DNA from: an uncultured bacterium
Lineage (GTDB): Bacteria; Myxococcota_A; UBA9160; SMWR01
Length of the DNA stretch: 64,000 nucleotides
Direction of reading: 5' to 3'
Assembly (NCBI GenBank): GCA_937937315.1
Contig: CALDCK010000066.1
Span: 16,684-80,683, forward strand
Numbering within the stretch: the first letter of the stretch is position 1; each line of letters begins with the position of its first letter. The notes below the pieces were generated by a model. It searched no databases and was not told the origin of the DNA. It was given only the letters and a program-made list of their open reading frames with translations. The translations under genes were made by a program, and so were the position numbers. Below, piece by piece: positions 9,243-18,249 of the stretch.

Positions 9243-11591
9243 TCAGCCTAGCGACACGCGGGTGGGAAGGATCTTCCGCGGGGAGATCTCCCGCGCAGGT
9301 CCCTCGATGTCGAAGCGCGCCGTCGCGCGGATGTCCTCGGCGGAGGCGCCGACCCGCGCTTCGAAGCGCCCCGGCTCGACGACGAGTCGCATGGATGGGT
9401 CGTAGAGCGCAAGCTGGCTCGGATCGAGCTCGAAGGCGACCCGGCACCGAGCGCCGGGCTCGAGGGCGGCGCGCGCGAAGCCAGCGAGCTGCTGGAGCGG
9501 GCGCGTGGTGCTCGCCACCGGGTCGTGAACGTAGAGCTGGACCATCTCCGCACCGGCGCGATCGCCGATGTTCGCGATCTCGAGGGAGATGGAGATCGTC
9601 TCGCCCTGGGCCGCGGTGGGGGGGCTCACCTCGATCTCGCCGTAGTCGAAGCGGGTGTAGGTCAGTCCTGAGCCGAAGGCGAAGAGCGGCGTGTCCTCGA
9701 CGTCGCTGTAGTCCGAGCGATCCCACTTACGGGCGGCGTGGAGCGGGACCTGGCCGACCTCGCGCGGAACGCTGACCGGCAGGCGACCCGTCGGCTCGAC
9801 CCGGCCGAAGAGCAGGTCTGCGAGACCGTTGCCCCCCTCCTCGCCGGGAAGCCAGGCCTGTACGATCGCGTCGGCGTGCTCTGCGATCCAGGGCAGCGCG
9901 AGCACTCGACCGGCGATCAGCACGACCACCACCGGGGTACCGGTCGCGACGACCGCCTCCACCAGCTCCTGCTGCAGGCCGGTGAGCGCCAGGCTCGCCG
10001 CGTCCCGGAACTCGCCGCTGGTGCAGCCCGGGATCAGGCCCGACTTCCCCCCAACGCAGACGATCGCGACGTCTGCTCCTCGCGCACAGGCCACGGCCTC
10101 CTCGATCCCCGACGCGTCGTCGCCGAGGATGGCGCAGCCGGGGGCGTGCTCGACCCGCGTCCCCTCCACCGCCGATCGGATGCCCTCGAGGGGCGTCACC
10201 ATGGGGACGAAGTAGGGTCCCGGACGGAAGGCCGTGTCGCCGGACTGTGGCAGCCACTCGTTCGCCCCGGCGACGTCGCGTTCGTAGATGATCTCCAGAT
10301 GGGCGGGATAGCTGTAGTCGCCCTGGAGGAGCCGGCGGTCGTCGGCGCAGGGACCGACCACGGCGATCCGGCAGAGGTCCGTCCTCAGGGGAAGGAGCCC
10401 TTCCCGGTTCTTCAGCAGCACCATCGACTTCGACGCGGCCTCGCGGGAGAGCGCACGCTGGGCCGGGGTCTGATAGACCTCGGCTGCGGCGGCATCGTCG
10501 ACGGTGGCTTCCTCGAAGAGGCCCAGGGCGAACTTGATCTCCAGGGCGCGCCGGACCGAGCGATCCACCCAGGCGAGGGGAACGCTGCCCTCCTCGATCC
10601 GGGCCCGCAGCGGCTCGCCGTAACAGTCGAGCGCGGGCAGCTCGATGTCGAGGCCGGCTCCCAGGGCCACCGCCGCCGCCTCGCCCTTGTCGCCGGCGAC
10701 CCGGTGGGCCTGGATCAGCAGGAGGGTGGTGAAGTAGTCCGCGACCACGACGCCGGCGAAGCCCAGCTCGCCGCGCAGCAGGTCGTCGAGGATCTCCTTC
10801 GATCCACCGCAGGGTAGACCGTCGACGTCGTTGTAGGCGTTCATGACCGATGCCAGACCCGCCTCCTCGATGGCCGCGGCGAAGGGCCGCGCGAAGACCT
10901 CGCGCAGCTCGCGTGGACCGACGTGGACGGGTTTGTGGTTGCGGCCTCCTTCGGAGATCCCGTAGCCGAGGAAGTGCTTCGCGGTGGCCGCGACTCCCTT
11001 GGTGAGGTCGTCGCCCTGGAGTCCGCGCACGTAGGCGACACCGATTCGGCTCACCAGATAGGGGTCTTCCCCATAGGTCTCCTCGGTGCGCCCCCAGCGC
11101 GGATCCCGGGCGACGTCGAGGACCGGGGCGAGGGTCTGTCGGGCACCGACGGCGCGCATCTGCTCGCGGATCACCCCGGCGATGCGCTCGATCAGGTCCG
11201 GGTCCCAGGTGCTGGCGAGGCCCAGGGCCTGGGGAAACTGGCTGGCGTCCCGGGCGGTGAAGCCGGCGGTGCTCTCCTCGTGCACGATCGCGGGAATCCC
11301 GAGACGGGTCTCGTCGCGCAGGTATCGCTGGATTGCGTTCGCGAAGGCGGCGCTGGCGCGGGGGCGCAAGCCCGTCGACGCGCCGATTCGGGTGACGTGG
11401 CCCGTGCCGTGGCCGAGGCGCTCTCGCGCCTTCGCTGGCGAGAAGGCCTCGTTCTCTACCAGGGTCGTGGACCAGACGCAGCCGAGCTGGGCGAGCTTCT
11501 CGTCGAGGTCCATGCGCCCGAGGAGGTCCTCGACGCGGGTCTCGAGGTCGAGCCCCGGATCCCGATAGGGCGTGGTGTGGGCTTCGGACAT
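9243..11591 (-). CDS. Glycoside hydrolase family 3 (beta-glucosidase-like)
   Basis: 782 aa with GH3 signatures (DLDEKLAQL near the N-terminus, AKHFLGYG, GFAGVVVADY, C-terminal FGSGLTYT and a fibronectin-like end). No signal peptide is seen. Confidence 0.85.
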   Translation of the reverse strand: MSEAHTTPYRDPGLDLETRVEDLLGRMDLDEKLAQLGCVWSTTLVENEAFSPAKARERLGHGTGHVTRIGASTGLRPRASAAFANAIQRYLRDETRLGIPAIVHEESTAGFTARDASQFPQALGLASTWDPDLIERIAGVIREQMRAVGARQTLAPVLDVARDPRWGRTEETYGEDPYLVSRIGVAYVRGLQGDDLTKGVAATAKHFLGYGISEGGRNHKPVHVGPRELREVFARPFAAAIEEAGLASVMNAYNDVDGLPCGGSKEILDDLLRGELGFAGVVVADYFTTLLLIQAHRVAGDKGEAAAVALGAGLDIELPALDCYGEPLRARIEEGSVPLAWVDRSVRRALEIKFALGLFEEATVDDAAAAEVYQTPAQRALSREAASKSMVLLKNREGLLPLRTDLCRIAVVGPCADDRRLLQGDYSYPAHLEIIYERDVAGANEWLPQSGDTAFRPGPYFVPMVTPLEGIRSAVEGTRVEHAPGCAILGDDASGIEEAVACARGADVAIVCVGGKSGLIPGCTSGEFRDAASLALTGLQQELVEAVVATGTPVVVVLIAGRVLALPWIAEHADAIVQAWLPGEEGGNGLADLLFGRVEPTGRLPVSVPREVGQVPLHAARKWDRSDYSDVEDTPLFAFGSGLTYTRFDYGEIEVSPPTAAQGETISISLEIANIGDRAGAEMVQLYVHDPVASTTRPLQQLAGFARAALEPGARCRVAFELDPSQLALYDPSMRLVVEPGRFEARVGASAEDIRATARFDIEGPAREISPRKILPTRVSLG

Positions 11592-11613
11592 GGCGGGCCT
11601 CCGGGGGACCGGG

Positions 11614-12369
11614 TCACGTTGCGGCTCGCGCCGCGTTGGGAAGCTCGACGACCACTCCCGCCTGGGAATCGTCCTCGATCAGCGCCAGGACGGCCGCGGC
11701 GATCTCCCCGGGCTCGATGGGAACGAGCGCGGCGTAGACGGGCTTCAGGTAGTCGGCCATGCCGCGTCCACCGGCTCCGGTCGTCTGGAGCATGGGAGTC
11801 TCGGTGATGCCAGGGCATACGCAGTTGACGCGCACGCCGTGGCTCTCGCCCAGCGCCGCGCAGCTCTGGGTGAACATCGTGACGCCGACCTTCGTCGCGC
11901 AATAGATCGCCTCGGGCGGGAGGGGTGTGCGGGCCGCCATCGAAGCCGTGTTGACGATGGCGCCGCCGCCGCATCGGGCCATGCGGGGCAGGGCGAGCCG
12001 CGTGCCGAAGAGGACGCCCTTCAGGTTCACGTCGACGAGCTTCGCGATCCGGTCCACGGAGATGTCGGGCCAGGTGGGGGTGCCGCCCGAGAGTCCGGCG
12101 TTGTTGTGGAGGATATCGAGGCCGCCGCCGTCGGCTTCGGCGCGATCGAAGAGGCGCTCGAGGGCTTCCGGGTCGCTCACGTCCGTTGCGACCCAGGGCG
12201 CCTGGCTTCCGGCCTCCTCGACCCTCCGCGCCGTCTCGGCGAGACCCGACTCGTCGACGTCTCCGAGGACCACCCGCCGCGCACCGGCGCGGGCGAGAGC
12301 GACGGCGGTCGCGCGACCAATGCCCGACGCAGCGCCCGTGACCACCGCTACTCGTTCCCGGATCTCCAT
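11614..12369 (-). CDS. Short-chain dehydrogenase/reductase (SDR)
   Basis: VVTGAASGIGRA, NNAG and Y-x3-K (IYCATKVGV). Start trimmed to ATG 12369 (MEIRERVAVVTG). It lies 23 nt upstream of the GH3 start on the same strand. Confidence 0.8.
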   Translation of the reverse strand: MEIRERVAVVTGAASGIGRATAVALARAGARRVVLGDVDESGLAETARRVEEAGSQAPWVATDVSDPEALERLFDRAEADGGGLDILHNNAGLSGGTPTWPDISVDRIAKLVDVNLKGVLFGTRLALPRMARCGGGAIVNTASMAARTPLPPEAIYCATKVGVTMFTQSCAALGESHGVRVNCVCPGITETPMLQTTGAGGRGMADYLKPVYAALVPIEPGEIAAAVLALIEDDSQAGVVVELPNAARAAT

Positions 12370-12496
12370 CTCGTCCCCACTCGATGTTTCGGCTCGTAAT
12401 GGTCCGGGATTATGACGCTTCCCGTGACGCATTCGCGATATGCTTCTCGCCCCGGGAGAGGCGCCGCCCGGCCGGGCGCGCCGGAAGGAGGCCGAG

Positions 12497-13552
12497 GTGA
12501 CCTACCGAGTGATCCAGTGGGCCACGGGCAACGTGGGTCGTGCGGCGATCGAAGGCATCGCAGCGCATCCGGAGCTCGAGCTCGCCGGGGTCTGGGTCCA
12601 CGCCGAATCGAAATCCGGGAAGGACGCCGGCGCGATAGCGGGCATCGGCCCCCTGGGAGTCCACGCCACCTGCGACGTCGAGGCCCTGCTCGCCCTCGAT
12701 GCAGACTGCGTGCTCTACAGCCCCATGCTCGCGAACACCGCCGAGGTGGTGCGCATCCTCGAGTCCGGGAAGAACGTCGTGACCCCGCTCGGCTGGTTCT
12801 ATCCCTTCTCGAGCGCGGGCGTCGCCGAGGTGGAGGCCGCCTGTCGCAGGGGCGGCGCGACGCTGCACGGCACGGGCATCCACCCTGGCGGCATCACCGA
12901 ACGGTTCCCCCTCGTGCTCTCCGCACTCTGTCGGAAGATCCGCCACGTTCGCGCCGAGGAGTTCTCGGACATCCGGAGCTACGCGACCGAGTTCGTGGTG
13001 CGCGAGGTGATGCTCTTCGGGAAGTCCCTCGAGGAGGCGACGAAGAGCTCGATGCCGCAGCTCCTCGGCGCCGGATTCCAGCAGTCGATAGACATGGTGG
13101 CGGCAGGCCTCGGGCTCACCCTCGACCCCGAGAAGCGCACCACCCACGAGATGGCGGTGGCCACGGCGCCGATCGACACACCCGTGGGTGTGATCGAGCC
13201 CGGCACGGTCGCGGCCCAGCGCTTCGCCTGGGAAGGGACGGTCCGGGGCGAGCCGGTCATCACGGCGCGGGTCAATTGGCTGATGGGAGACGAGTCCCTC
13301 GAGCCCGCCTGGAAGCTCGGCGGCGAGCGATTCGAGATCGCCTTCGATGCGGAGCCGCCGCTCGCGGTCACCTTCCACGGCCTCCACCCGCCCGACGTGC
13401 ACCGGGATCTCGATCGCAATCCGGGAATCGCCGCGACGGCGATGCACTGCGTCAACTCGATCCCGATCGTCTGCGAGGCCGAGCCCGGCATCCGCACCTA
13501 CCTGGATCTTCCCCTCGTGAGTGGTCGGGCAGACCCGTCGCTGCTGAGATGA
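12497..13552 (+). CDS. NAD(P)-binding oxidoreductase with DapB-like N-terminal domain (amine-dehydrogenase/DapB-like family)
   Basis: VTYRVIQWATGNVGRAAIEGI is a Rossmann N-terminus typical of this family. The GTG start at 12497 follows GGAAGGAGG. Family assignment is from recalled similarity only. Confidence 0.55.
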   Translation: MTYRVIQWATGNVGRAAIEGIAAHPELELAGVWVHAESKSGKDAGAIAGIGPLGVHATCDVEALLALDADCVLYSPMLANTAEVVRILESGKNVVTPLGWFYPFSSAGVAEVEAACRRGGATLHGTGIHPGGITERFPLVLSALCRKIRHVRAEEFSDIRSYATEFVVREVMLFGKSLEEATKSSMPQLLGAGFQQSIDMVAAGLGLTLDPEKRTTHEMAVATAPIDTPVGVIEPGTVAAQRFAWEGTVRGEPVITARVNWLMGDESLEPAWKLGGERFEIAFDAEPPLAVTFHGLHPPDVHRDLDRNPGIAATAMHCVNSIPIVCEAEPGIRTYLDLPLVSGRADPSLLR

Positions 13553-14337
13553 TCCTCGATCGCTTCCGTCTCACGGACCGGGTCGCCATCGTCACCGGAG
13601 CGGGGAAGGGGATCGGCCGGGGCATCGCCCTGGCCTTCGCCGAGGCGGGCGCGGATGTGGTGTGTGCGGCCCGCACCGAGGCCGACATCGAGGCGACGGC
13701 CGCGGCCGTGCGCGAGCGCGGACGTCGCGCCGAGGCGATTCGTTGCGACGTGACGGTGACGGCGGATCTCGAGGCTCTCGTGGCCGCCGCGGCGAAGGCC
13801 TTCGGGCGCATCGACGTGCTCGTCAACAACGCGGGCGGCACGCCCCCACGCCCGGCCCTCGACACGAGTGAGGGATTCTTCGAGCGGGCCCTGCGCTTCA
13901 ACCTCACTTCGGCCTTCCTGCTCTCGAAGCTGGTCGTGCCCCACATGCTGACCCATGGCGGCGGATCCGTGGTGAACATCTCCTCCCGCGCGGGGGGGAT
14001 GGTGCAGACCGGCTTCGTCGCCTACGGCACGGCGAAGGCCGGGCTCTCCTTCATGACGAAGAATCTGGCGGCGGATCTCGCTCCGAAGGTGCGGGTGAAC
14101 GCGATCGCCGTAGGGGGCGTGGCGACCGCCGCCCTCGAGAGCGTGCTCACGAACGACGCGATCCGGCGGCAGATGGAGGCCGGCACGCCGATGGGTCGGA
14201 TCGGCGAGCCCGAGGACGTCGCGGCCTGCGCGCTCTACCTGGCCTCGCCGGCGGCATCCTGGGTGACGGGGAAGGTCTTCGAGGTGGACGGCGGCGCCGA
14301 GTCCCCGGCCTTTCGGATCCCGGTTCCGGAGCTCTGA
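13549..14337 (+). CDS. SDR oxidoreductase
   Basis: IVTGAGKGIGRG, NNAGG and YGTAKAG. The ATG overlaps the upstream stop (ATGA), which suggests translational coupling. The track fuses it into a 641-aa off-target ORF. Confidence 0.85.
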   Translation: MILDRFRLTDRVAIVTGAGKGIGRGIALAFAEAGADVVCAARTEADIEATAAAVRERGRRAEAIRCDVTVTADLEALVAAAAKAFGRIDVLVNNAGGTPPRPALDTSEGFFERALRFNLTSAFLLSKLVVPHMLTHGGGSVVNISSRAGGMVQTGFVAYGTAKAGLSFMTKNLAADLAPKVRVNAIAVGGVATAALESVLTNDAIRRQMEAGTPMGRIGEPEDVAACALYLASPAASWVTGKVFEVDGGAESPAFRIPVPEL

Positions 14338-14376
14338 TTCCGCGATCCGGGGCCCCCTCGTCGGCCTGCGCGGCGC

Positions 14377-15312
14377 TCAAGCGCGCTCGGCCGGGTCGCC
14401 CGCGTTCGGCTTGAGCATGCCGGTCGCGATGGCGATCATCGAGCCCACATCGCTCAGGTTCGCCGGCACGACGAAGGTGTTGCCCTTCTGGGCGAGCCGC
14501 CCGAACTCCTGGATGTACTGCTCGGCGATCCGCAGCTGCATGGCGGCCTCTCCGCCGCTCGTGGTGAGGGCCTCGCCCACGCTGCGCAGACCGTCGGCGG
14601 TGGCGGTGGCGATGGCGCGAATCGCCGCGGCCTGTCCCTCGGCCTCGTTGATCTGCTGTTGCTGCTTAGCCTCGGATTGCTTGATGACGCGCTGCTTCTC
14701 GCCCTCGGCCTCGTTGATCTTCGCGTCTCGTTCGCCCTCGGAGGTCAGGATCACGGCGCGCTTCTCCCGCTCGGCGCGCATCTGCTTCTCCATCGCTCCC
14801 AGGACGTCGGCCGGCGGGTTGATGTTGCGGATCTCGTAGCGCAGCACCTTCACGCCCCAGGGCTCCGAGGCCTTGTCGAGCTCGCTGACGACGGAGGCGT
14901 TGATGTTCGCGCGCTCGAGGAAGGTCCGGTCGAGATCGATCTTCCCCACCTCGCTGCGCAGCGTGGTCTGGGCGAGCTGGGAGATGGCAAAGACGTAGTT
15001 CGAGATGCCGTAGGAGGCCCGGCGCGGGTCGAGCACCTTGAGGTAGAGCACGCCGTCGACACCCACCTGGACGTTGTCGCGGGTGATGCACACCTGCTCC
15101 TGGATGTCGGTGGCCTGCTCCTTCAGCGTGTGCTTGTAGGCGGCGCGTTCGACGAAGGGAACGAGGATGTGGAAGCCGGCCTCGAGAGTCCGGCTGTACT
15201 TGCCGAGGTATTCCACGACGGACGCGCTCTGCTGTGGGACGACCACGGCGGTGCGGGCGATCACGAAGACGACGAGGACGACGACTCCGACGACGGCGAT
15301 GACGGTCTCCAT
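14377..15312 (-). CDS. SPFH/band-7 (stomatin/paraslipin-like) membrane protein
   Basis: N-terminal TM helix followed by the SPFH core (VVPQQSASVVEYLGKYSRTLEAGFHILVPF..., TRDNVQVGVDGVLYLKV, LRSEVGKIDLDRTF) and an A/E/Q-rich coiled coil. Confidence 0.9.
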   Translation of the reverse strand: METVIAVVGVVVLVVFVIARTAVVVPQQSASVVEYLGKYSRTLEAGFHILVPFVERAAYKHTLKEQATDIQEQVCITRDNVQVGVDGVLYLKVLDPRRASYGISNYVFAISQLAQTTLRSEVGKIDLDRTFLERANINASVVSELDKASEPWGVKVLRYEIRNINPPADVLGAMEKQMRAEREKRAVILTSEGERDAKINEAEGEKQRVIKQSEAKQQQQINEAEGQAAAIRAIATATADGLRSVGEALTTSGGEAAMQLRIAEQYIQEFGRLAQKGNTFVVPANLSDVGSMIAIATGMLKPNAGDPAERA

Positions 15313-15336
15313 GACGCTCCTCCGAATGCGGGCCCC

Positions 15337-15780
15337 TCAGGGCTCGCGGGTGACCTCGAGGGTCAGGCCGTCGACCTCGAGGGCGCGCAGGCGGTCGCCC
15401 GGGGCGAGGGCCTCACTGCCGACGTTGTGGGCGGTCCAGAGCGTGCCGCGCAGCTCGGCCTGACCGATACCACCCGGCGCGATGGCGTCGCGGGCGGTGC
15501 CGGCCTCGCCGACCACGCGGTCGCGAATCCGCGCGCTCTCGGGGCCGACGAGCGCGGCGAAGCGGCGTCGGAATCCGACGAGGAAGACGACCGAGAGGCT
15601 GGCGAAAGCGAGCCACTGCTGCCAAGCCGGGGGCTCGAAGGCGAGCAGGCCGAAGAGGCCCACGGCGAGCGCCGCCACCCCGAGGAACACGAGGTAGAAC
15701 TCGGTCGTGACGAAGAGCTCGGATCCAAGGAGGATCGCGGCAACGAGAATCCAACCCCACCAGGGCATCGACACCCCCAC
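15337..15780 (-). CDS. NfeD-family membrane protein
   Basis: Several TM helices followed by a C-terminal OB-like soluble domain (GIGQAELRGTLWTAHNVGSEALAPGDRLRALEVDGLTLEVT). It sits directly upstream of the SPFH gene, the classic nfeD-SPFH operon. Confidence 0.8.
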   Translation of the reverse strand: MGVSMPWWGWILVAAILLGSELFVTTEFYLVFLGVAALAVGLFGLLAFEPPAWQQWLAFASLSVVFLVGFRRRFAALVGPESARIRDRVVGEAGTARDAIAPGGIGQAELRGTLWTAHNVGSEALAPGDRLRALEVDGLTLEVTREP

Positions 15781-15823
15781 CCGTGGCCGGAGTGTATCGC
15801 CCCTGGTCTCCGGGGTCCGGTGC

Positions 15824-16564
15824 CTATTCCGGGTCGAGCCAGGCCTTCAGCTCGACCTGCCACTCCCGCACGCTGCCTTCGATCACCTCGCCGCGGATCT
15901 TCGAGACCTCGATCCAGTGGAGCCTCGGAACGGCTCGGCAGGCCTGGGCGAGGGCGTCGTCCACCGCGCCCTGAATCGACTCGGCGGAGGCGCCGACGAG
16001 CTGGAGCGGGGCCTCCTGGGAGGTGAGGAAGACGCTCGAGCGCGCAGCCGTCTTCGAGAAGAAGCGCTGGCGAGCGCGCTGGATCCCTTCGGCCAGCAGG
16101 GCGTCCGCCACCTGGTCCGGCAGCTCGAGCTCGGAGCGGAGCTGAGTCAGGAAGCGCTCTTCGTCCGGGTCGAGCTCCTGGTCCTCGAGCACGCGATCGA
16201 CGGCGGACCCGTAGACCTGGCCCGCGATCTCGTCGTGGATGCGCCGGGCGTCGGAGTCCTCCAGGTGGAGCAGGCCCCGCAGGTGTCGCAGGTCCTCGCT
16301 CTCCTCGGACGAGAGCGCGTGATCGATGAGGCAGTGCTCGAAGAAGCGGCGGTAGAGGTGCATCCGCGGCGTGCGGCAGCGCCTCTTCATGTCGACCCCG
16401 TGGCGCTCCGCCACCTCGGCGACGGTATCCGTCGCGACGTCGCTCACCCGGTCGGCGCGGGCCAGCAGCGTCTCGATCTCCTGGATGGCACTCGACTTGT
16501 TCTGGCCGGGCAGCACTCTCGCGAGGCGCCCGCGGGACTCTCGGTTCTCGAAGGGTTCGGCCAA
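15824..16564 (-). CDS. Fusion protein: TerB-like helical N-terminal region + C-terminal dodecin domain
   Basis: The last ~60 aa (LQLVGASAESIQGAVDDALAQACRAVPRLHWIEVSKIRGEVIEGSVREWQVELKAWLDPE) match my recalled bacterial dodecin pattern (..VGTSEE..AI..A...A.KTLR.L.WFEV.EIRG.I.....EYQV.L.VGF.LE). The N-terminal ~180 aa has repeated acidic 'D..LS.EE...L..L' helices. Confidence 0.6.
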   Translation of the reverse strand: MAEPFENRESRGRLARVLPGQNKSSAIQEIETLLARADRVSDVATDTVAEVAERHGVDMKRRCRTPRMHLYRRFFEHCLIDHALSSEESEDLRHLRGLLHLEDSDARRIHDEIAGQVYGSAVDRVLEDQELDPDEERFLTQLRSELELPDQVADALLAEGIQRARQRFFSKTAARSSVFLTSQEAPLQLVGASAESIQGAVDDALAQACRAVPRLHWIEVSKIRGEVIEGSVREWQVELKAWLDPE

Positions 16565-16618
16565 ACGTCCGGCTCCTGGAATCGGGTTCCGGCGTAGGCT
16601 ATCACGCCGCCCGGGCCC

Positions 16619-17404
16619 TCAAGGCAGGAACTTCCTGAAGTCCGGGTCGCGCTTCTCGACCAGCGCGCGCCCTCCCTCCTTCGACTCTTCCGTCTCGTAG
16701 TAGAGGGCGAGCGCCTGCATGCCGAGGCCTCCGATGCCCCGGATGCTCTCCGTGTCGGCATTGAAGGAGCGCTTGGCGATCGCGATGGCCGTGGGACTGC
16801 GCTGTACCAGCTCGGCGCACCAGCCGTCGACCTCCGCGTCGAGGGCCTCGTCGGGTACGACGGCGTTGACGAGCCCCATCTCGAGGGCCTCCCGGGCCGT
16901 GTACCGGCGGCACAGGTACCACATCTCGCGGGCCTTCTTCTCTCCGACGATGCGCGCCAGGTAGGCCGTGCCGAAGCCCGGGTCCACGGATCCCATGCGC
17001 GGGCCGACCTGCCCGAAGATCGCGCTCTCGCCGGCGATGGTGAGGTCGCAGATTGCCGCCAGCACGTTGCCGCCGCCGATCGCGTAGCCCCTCACCTTCG
17101 CGACCACGGGCTTCGGCACGTCGCGGATCACGGTCTGGACCTCGTCGATGGGCATGCCGATGACTCCTCGGCCCCCAACGTATTGACCCTCGTGTCCCGA
17201 CTGATCCCCCCCGCTGCAGAACGCGCGCTCGCCGGCTCCGGTGAGCACGATGGCGCCGACGTCGCGGTCGTAGCCCGCCTCGCCGAAGGCCCGGATGAGC
17301 TCGATGCAGGTCTGGGCGCGGAACGCGTTGTAGACCTCGGGCCGGTTCAAGGTGATGGTGGCGACCTGGTTCTCGACGTCGTAGTCGATGTCTTCGTAGC
17401 TCAT
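16619..17404 (-). CDS. badI: MenB/BadI-family crotonase; best match 2-ketocyclohexanecarboxyl-CoA hydrolase (BadI-like)
   Basis: Near-colinear with my recalled R. palustris BadI over the full length (NRPEVYNAFR, AFCSGGDQS, VPKPVVAKVRGYAIGGGNVLAAICDLTI, FGQVGPRMGSVDPGFGTAYLARIVGEKKAREMWY, SPTAIAIAKRSFN, EKRDPDFRKF). It is adjacent to a BadH-like SDR. Confidence 0.7.
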   Translation of the reverse strand: MSYEDIDYDVENQVATITLNRPEVYNAFRAQTCIELIRAFGEAGYDRDVGAIVLTGAGERAFCSGGDQSGHEGQYVGGRGVIGMPIDEVQTVIRDVPKPVVAKVRGYAIGGGNVLAAICDLTIAGESAIFGQVGPRMGSVDPGFGTAYLARIVGEKKAREMWYLCRRYTAREALEMGLVNAVVPDEALDAEVDGWCAELVQRSPTAIAIAKRSFNADTESIRGIGGLGMQALALYYETEESKEGGRALVEKRDPDFRKFLP

Positions 17405-17411
17405 GACCCTC

Positions 17412-18176
17412 TCATCCGTGCATCGTGAGTCCGCCGGAGACGCTGATCGTCTGGCCGGTGATGAAGGCGGCTTCGTCGGAGAGCAGGAAGGCGACGAGGC
17501 CGGGGAAGTCGTCCGGACGCGCGAGACGCCCCATCGGGATCGCGCGCTCGAGGGCCTTCGCGAGTCGACCGCTCGCGTCGAAGTCTGCGAAGAGGGGCGT
17601 ATCCGTGGGGCCGGGGGAGACGACGTTCAGGGAGATGCCCCGGCGGGCCATCTCCCGGGCGACCGACTTCGAGAAGGCCACGATCCCGCCCTTGCAGGCG
17701 GCGTAGACGGACTCGCCGGAAGAGCCGACCCGACCCGCGTCGGATGCGATGCTCACGATCCGCCCCGCCTCGGCCCGGGCCATGCGGGAGAGCACGACCT
17801 TCGTCACGTTCAGCGGCCCGACGAGATTGATGTCGATCACCTTGCGCCAGAGCTCCGGATCCGAGTCGAGGAAGTCCGAGGCCACGTCCCAGCCGGCGCA
17901 GTTGACCAGACCTCGGACCTCGCCCTCGACGCCGATGAAGGCTTCGACTGCCGCCTCGACGGCCGCGTAGTCGGTGATGTCGACCCCGTAGGCGCTGGCG
18001 ACGCCCCCCGCTGCGCGGATCGCGGCCTCGGTCTCGGCGCCGCCGGAAGCGTCGCGGTCGAGGATGCCCACGCGGGCGCCTTCATCGGCCAGACGCAGGG
18101 CTATGGCGCGGCCGATGCCGCTTCCGCCGCCGGTCAGTACGACCGGCATTCCCGTGAGTCCCCGCAGCCCCGTCAT
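17412..18176 (-). CDS. badH: SDR; best match 2-hydroxycyclohexanecarboxyl-CoA dehydrogenase (BadH-like)
   Basis: LTGGGSGIGRA, NCAGWD, GRIVSIASDAGRVGSSGESVYAACKGGIVAFSK, VVSPGPTDTPL and the C-terminal GQTISVSGGLTMHG all parallel my recalled BadH. The true start may be ATG 18149. Confidence 0.7.
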   Translation of the reverse strand: MTGLRGLTGMPVVLTGGGSGIGRAIALRLADEGARVGILDRDASGGAETEAAIRAAGGVASAYGVDITDYAAVEAAVEAFIGVEGEVRGLVNCAGWDVASDFLDSDPELWRKVIDINLVGPLNVTKVVLSRMARAEAGRIVSIASDAGRVGSSGESVYAACKGGIVAFSKSVAREMARRGISLNVVSPGPTDTPLFADFDASGRLAKALERAIPMGRLARPDDFPGLVAFLLSDEAAFITGQTISVSGGLTMHG

Positions 18177-18249
18177 GAGACCTCCAAGGCGGAGAGGATG
18201 TCACAACGGGCCGGGGCGGTGCCGGAATTCTGCGCGCTAGAGTGCCGCC

